Assembly: GCA_965368975.1 (NCBI GenBank)
Contig: CBDUPA010000001.1
Location: 416,001-480,000 of the forward strand
Length of the DNA: 64,000 nucleotides
Origin: an uncultured bacterium
Lineage (GTDB): Bacteria; Acidobacteriota; Thermoanaerobaculia; Multivoradales; JAHZIX01
Direction: 5' to 3'
Below the pieces are notes generated by a model. It searched no databases and was not told where the DNA came from. It saw nothing but the letters and a program-made list of their open reading frames with translations. Numbering within the stretch: position 1 is the first letter of the stretch; every line of letters starts with the position of its first letter. This document shows positions 61,361 through 64,000 of this stretch, piece by piece. The translations under genes were made by a program, and so were the position numbers.

Positions 61361-62983
61361 TCAGTTCAGGTACAGCAGCAGGTTGGACTGCCGGCTCTTG
61401 TCCGGGTGGAAGAGGTGGCAGGTGGTGCAGCTGGAGGCGACGGTACTCGGTCGGTGGCACTCGCGGCAGGTCTCGATGTGCGGCAGGTTGGTGATCTGGG
61501 CACCGTCGCGGCTGGCGAACTCTTCGGGCACGGTCTCGGCGGTCGGCGGGATCTGTTCCAGGGCTTCGAGAATCGGGATTTCGGTATGGCAGTCCAGGCA
61601 GCGACGCTGCACGATGTGGGCGCGGTGGTTGAATTCAGCGCGGCGCAGGCGGCGCTGGTCTTTCTGTACGCGCGCGATGGTGGCGCGGTCGAGCTGGTGG
61701 CAATTGCGGCAGGGCTGTGTCAGGTCTGCAGCTACCTGGTTCAGCTCGGCGGTGCGCTCGGCGCTGAGCGCTGGATTGGGCTCGGCCAGGGCGAGCAGGA
61801 ACTCGGTTTCGTCGAGCGGCGTGAAGGGATCGCGCAGGGCCCGACGCAGGTTGCGCAGCAGCACGTCGACGCGAGCCAGCTCTGTCTGGATCTCGGGTTC
61901 CGGCCGGTCGCGCAGGCCGGCGGCCTGGGCTTCGAGCGCGTCGATGGCTTCTTCGTAGAGCACGTGCTGATCCCCGTCGGGTGTCGCGGTCGACGCCTTG
62001 AGCAGGTCGGCGAGGCCGCCGTCGACGTAGAGCTGACGGCGCAGCTGGCGCAGGTTGTACAGGATCCACGGGTCCTCGTGGTGCAGCGTGGTCTTGGTGA
62101 CGCGGCTGCCAGCCTGGCGGAACTCGCTTTCGCTGGCGTAGCGCAGCCACTCGGCGTCCGGACCACCGCGGGCGCGGATGGTGGCCAGGGTTTCGACGCC
62201 CGGTGGATCGTCGCCCGCGAGGGCGGCTGTGCCCACGGGCAGCCTCGGCGTCGCCACGCCGGTGTCGAGGTGGCAGGCGTCGCAGTGACGGTCGAAGTCG
62301 ATGGACTGGAAGTTGCGACCATCGGGCTGCGGGTTGTGGCAGTAGAGGCAGGAGACCTCGACGTCGACCAGTTGTTGCTCTTTCATCACCTCGCGCACGT
62401 GGCGAATGTGCGGGAAGCTGAGGTTGGTGTCGTCGGGGCGGTTCTCGACAGCGAAGTCGAACTGCGGATGGCCACCACCGCCCGCGTTGTTGGCGAAGCG
62501 GCCGGCGTCGTGGCAGACGATGCACTGGGCGTCGCGCACCTGGGTGAGCTGGGCGTCGCGGCCGCCGTGTTCAGTATGGCAGCTGGCGCAGGGCATCTCG
62601 TGCTCGTGGGGCACCAGGCGTTGGAAGTCGTCGCTGCGGTAGAGGTAGTGCGAGGCGAAGCTGAAGGTACCGAGGTCGTCGCCGACTTTCTCGTGGCAGC
62701 TGGCGCAGTTCTGGTCGGCGACGGCGTCGAAGCCGCTGTGGCAGGCGGCGCAGTCCTGGCTCAGCGTCGCGTGCGCGGACGACAACGGACCTCGCGTCAC
62801 GAGACTGGGACCTCGCAGCCACGCCACGAGGCTGAACAACACGACCAGCACGACGGCAGCCAGCAGGCCGTAGGCGAGCAGCCGGTCGCGCTTGTCGGCG
62901 GGGTGCTTGCCGGGGTAGAGGTAGCCCTGGCTGATCGGTAGCCTGACCTTGCCGAAGATGCCTTTGTGGGTGTCGTTTTTCAT
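61361..62983 (-). CDS. Membrane-anchored multiheme c-type cytochrome (10 CxxCH, c3-like)
   Basis: CAACH, CASCH x2, CIVCH, CLYCH, CDACH, CRNCH, CLDCH, CRECH, CTTCH; FxHxxH motifs; N-terminal TM. Confidence 0.92.
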   Translation of the reverse strand: MKNDTHKGIFGKVRLPISQGYLYPGKHPADKRDRLLAYGLLAAVVLVVLFSLVAWLRGPSLVTRGPLSSAHATLSQDCAACHSGFDAVADQNCASCHEKVGDDLGTFSFASHYLYRSDDFQRLVPHEHEMPCASCHTEHGGRDAQLTQVRDAQCIVCHDAGRFANNAGGGGHPQFDFAVENRPDDTNLSFPHIRHVREVMKEQQLVDVEVSCLYCHNPQPDGRNFQSIDFDRHCDACHLDTGVATPRLPVGTAALAGDDPPGVETLATIRARGGPDAEWLRYASESEFRQAGSRVTKTTLHHEDPWILYNLRQLRRQLYVDGGLADLLKASTATPDGDQHVLYEEAIDALEAQAAGLRDRPEPEIQTELARVDVLLRNLRRALRDPFTPLDETEFLLALAEPNPALSAERTAELNQVAADLTQPCRNCHQLDRATIARVQKDQRRLRRAEFNHRAHIVQRRCLDCHTEIPILEALEQIPPTAETVPEEFASRDGAQITNLPHIETCRECHRPSTVASSCTTCHLFHPDKSRQSNLLLYLN

Positions 62984-62984
62984 G

Positions 62985-63716
62985 TCAGTAGTAGAGGACC
63001 GCGGCGATGTGGATCAGCACCAGGACCATCAGCACGACGGTCGGCGGCACGTGCAGCAGCAACCAGCCGCGCAGGGCCCACTGCAACGTGTAGTGTGCGT
63101 CGAGAGCCAGCTTGGCGCGGTAGATGCGTTCGAGCTCGCTCAGCCGGGCGCGGTCGTCGTCGCTCAGCAGTTCGTTCAGGTAGTCGGCCTCACGCAGGCG
63201 CGCGGCGCTGCCGCCGCTGATGTCGAGGAAGAAGGAAGCGTTGCGGTTCGGCGCTTCGAGGGCCGGCGCGACGCGGCGGCTGTACAGCGCCTGCACCGGG
63301 CCGCCGCAGCGCGACGCCAGGCGCGCGGCGCGCCGACGCAGATCTTCGACCAGTTCGGGAATGCGCTCGTAGGGGGCTTCCACCGGCAGACCGGCCAGGG
63401 TCACCGGCAGCCAGCGCTGCAAGGCGAGGCCGACGATGCCGCTGAGCACCGTCCAGACGGCGAGTAGCCACAGCGCCCACGACAGGCCGCCGCTGGGCAA
63501 GGAGAAGTCGCTGTGCCAGAGCAGCAGGAGCAGGAAGAGCGAACCGGCCGCCAGATGCAGCCAGAGCCAGGTGCGAGCGCTGCCCAGCTTGCGCCGGGTC
63601 GCCCAGCCCATGGCACGACGGCGGGCACTGTAAAGGCCGGCGAGCACCAGCAGCGCGGTGGCCAGGATGCCGGTGAACACGGGCAGGCTGATGCCGAGCG
63701 AGTCGAGCACGTTCAT
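62985..63716 (-). CDS. Integral membrane protein with His in TM helices (cytochrome b/ferric-reductase-like)
   Basis: YSARRR, WLWLH..G, LLWH, SGIVG, WLLLHVP, LIHI; ATGA overlap with the upstream gene. Confidence 0.78.
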   Translation of the reverse strand: MNVLDSLGISLPVFTGILATALLVLAGLYSARRRAMGWATRRKLGSARTWLWLHLAAGSLFLLLLLWHSDFSLPSGGLSWALWLLAVWTVLSGIVGLALQRWLPVTLAGLPVEAPYERIPELVEDLRRRAARLASRCGGPVQALYSRRVAPALEAPNRNASFFLDISGGSAARLREADYLNELLSDDDRARLSELERIYRAKLALDAHYTLQWALRGWLLLHVPPTVVLMVLVLIHIAAVLYY

Positions 63717-64000
63717 GTCATCAGTTTCCGGATGTCGTCCACCGAGCCGAGGCGGAAGGCACAGCCCTGAGGACAGTTGGAGACGCAGGCCGGGTCGTGG
63801 CCAGTCTCGTGACTGGTGTCGTGGCAGAGGTCGCACTTGCTGGCTACCAGGCGGCGCTCGCCGCGCAGCGCGACGGGGACCATGTCGTCGGGCCACTGCT
63901 CGCCGGTGTCGTGCATGACGATGGCATCGTAGGGGCAGTTGTTGGCGCAGGTGCTGCAGCCGATGCAGATCTCGTCCTCGACGTCGACTACCTGGCCGAT
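63713..64000 (-). CDS. 4Fe-4S dicluster protein, C-terminal part (runs off the window)
   Basis: Open frame to the edge: CIGCSTCANNCPYDAI...KCDLC...PACVSNCPQG. Confidence 0.88.
   Translation of the reverse strand: MGQVVDVEDEICIGCSTCANNCPYDAIVMHDTGEQWPDDMVPVALRGERRLVASKCDLCHDTSHETGHDPACVSNCPQGCAFRLGSVDDIRKLMT

Noticed and set aside
58291-62941. Plus-strand ORFs of 494 and 696 aa
   Set aside because: Antisense shadows of the oxidoreductase, FHA and cytochrome genes

Overview
High-GC bacterial window. Gene style (membrane/secreted TPR-CHAT protein, ECF sigma + Ser/Thr kinase pair, C-terminal 'CLxxxRFxV..W..SGLFWFF..NWEMLVKV.(D/N)GC' domain) suggests Acidobacteriota (Thermoanaerobaculia-like); this is inference, not a database result. 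From left to right: (1) a two-module terminal NRPS (C-A-PCP-C-A-PCP-TE); (2) a mixed block of secreted or periplasmic hydrolases (aspartyl protease-PDZ, pepsin-like protease, serine hydrolase, DUF2891 fusion); (3) a co-oriented minus-strand run of TPR-CHAT protease, 143-aa unknown, ECF sigma with a hydrophobic C-tail, zf-HC2 anti-sigma, 97-aa beta protein, a 2877-aa SpvB/RHS (TcB-TcC-like) protein and a PI-phospholipase C; (4) MscS and an ECF/STK pair divergent from a poly-gamma-glutamate hydrolase-like gene; (5) assorted genes including an orphan Cys-rich RiPP-like precursor, a vanadium haloperoxidase-like protein and an M12-type metalloprotease; (6) a CsgG-like gene flanked by an intact Phd/VapC toxin-antitoxin operon and an internally deleted copy of it; (7) the distal part of a redox/phospho-signalling operon (4Fe-4S protein, membrane protein, 10-CxxCH cytochrome, double-FHA protein, flavoprotein-FHA-FHA-2Fe2S fusion). 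I found no rRNA, tRNA, CRISPR array or transposase. The best candidates for undescribed systems are the CHAT/sigma/RHS/PLC run and the FHA-redox operon. All product calls come from motif recognition by eye, not from searches.
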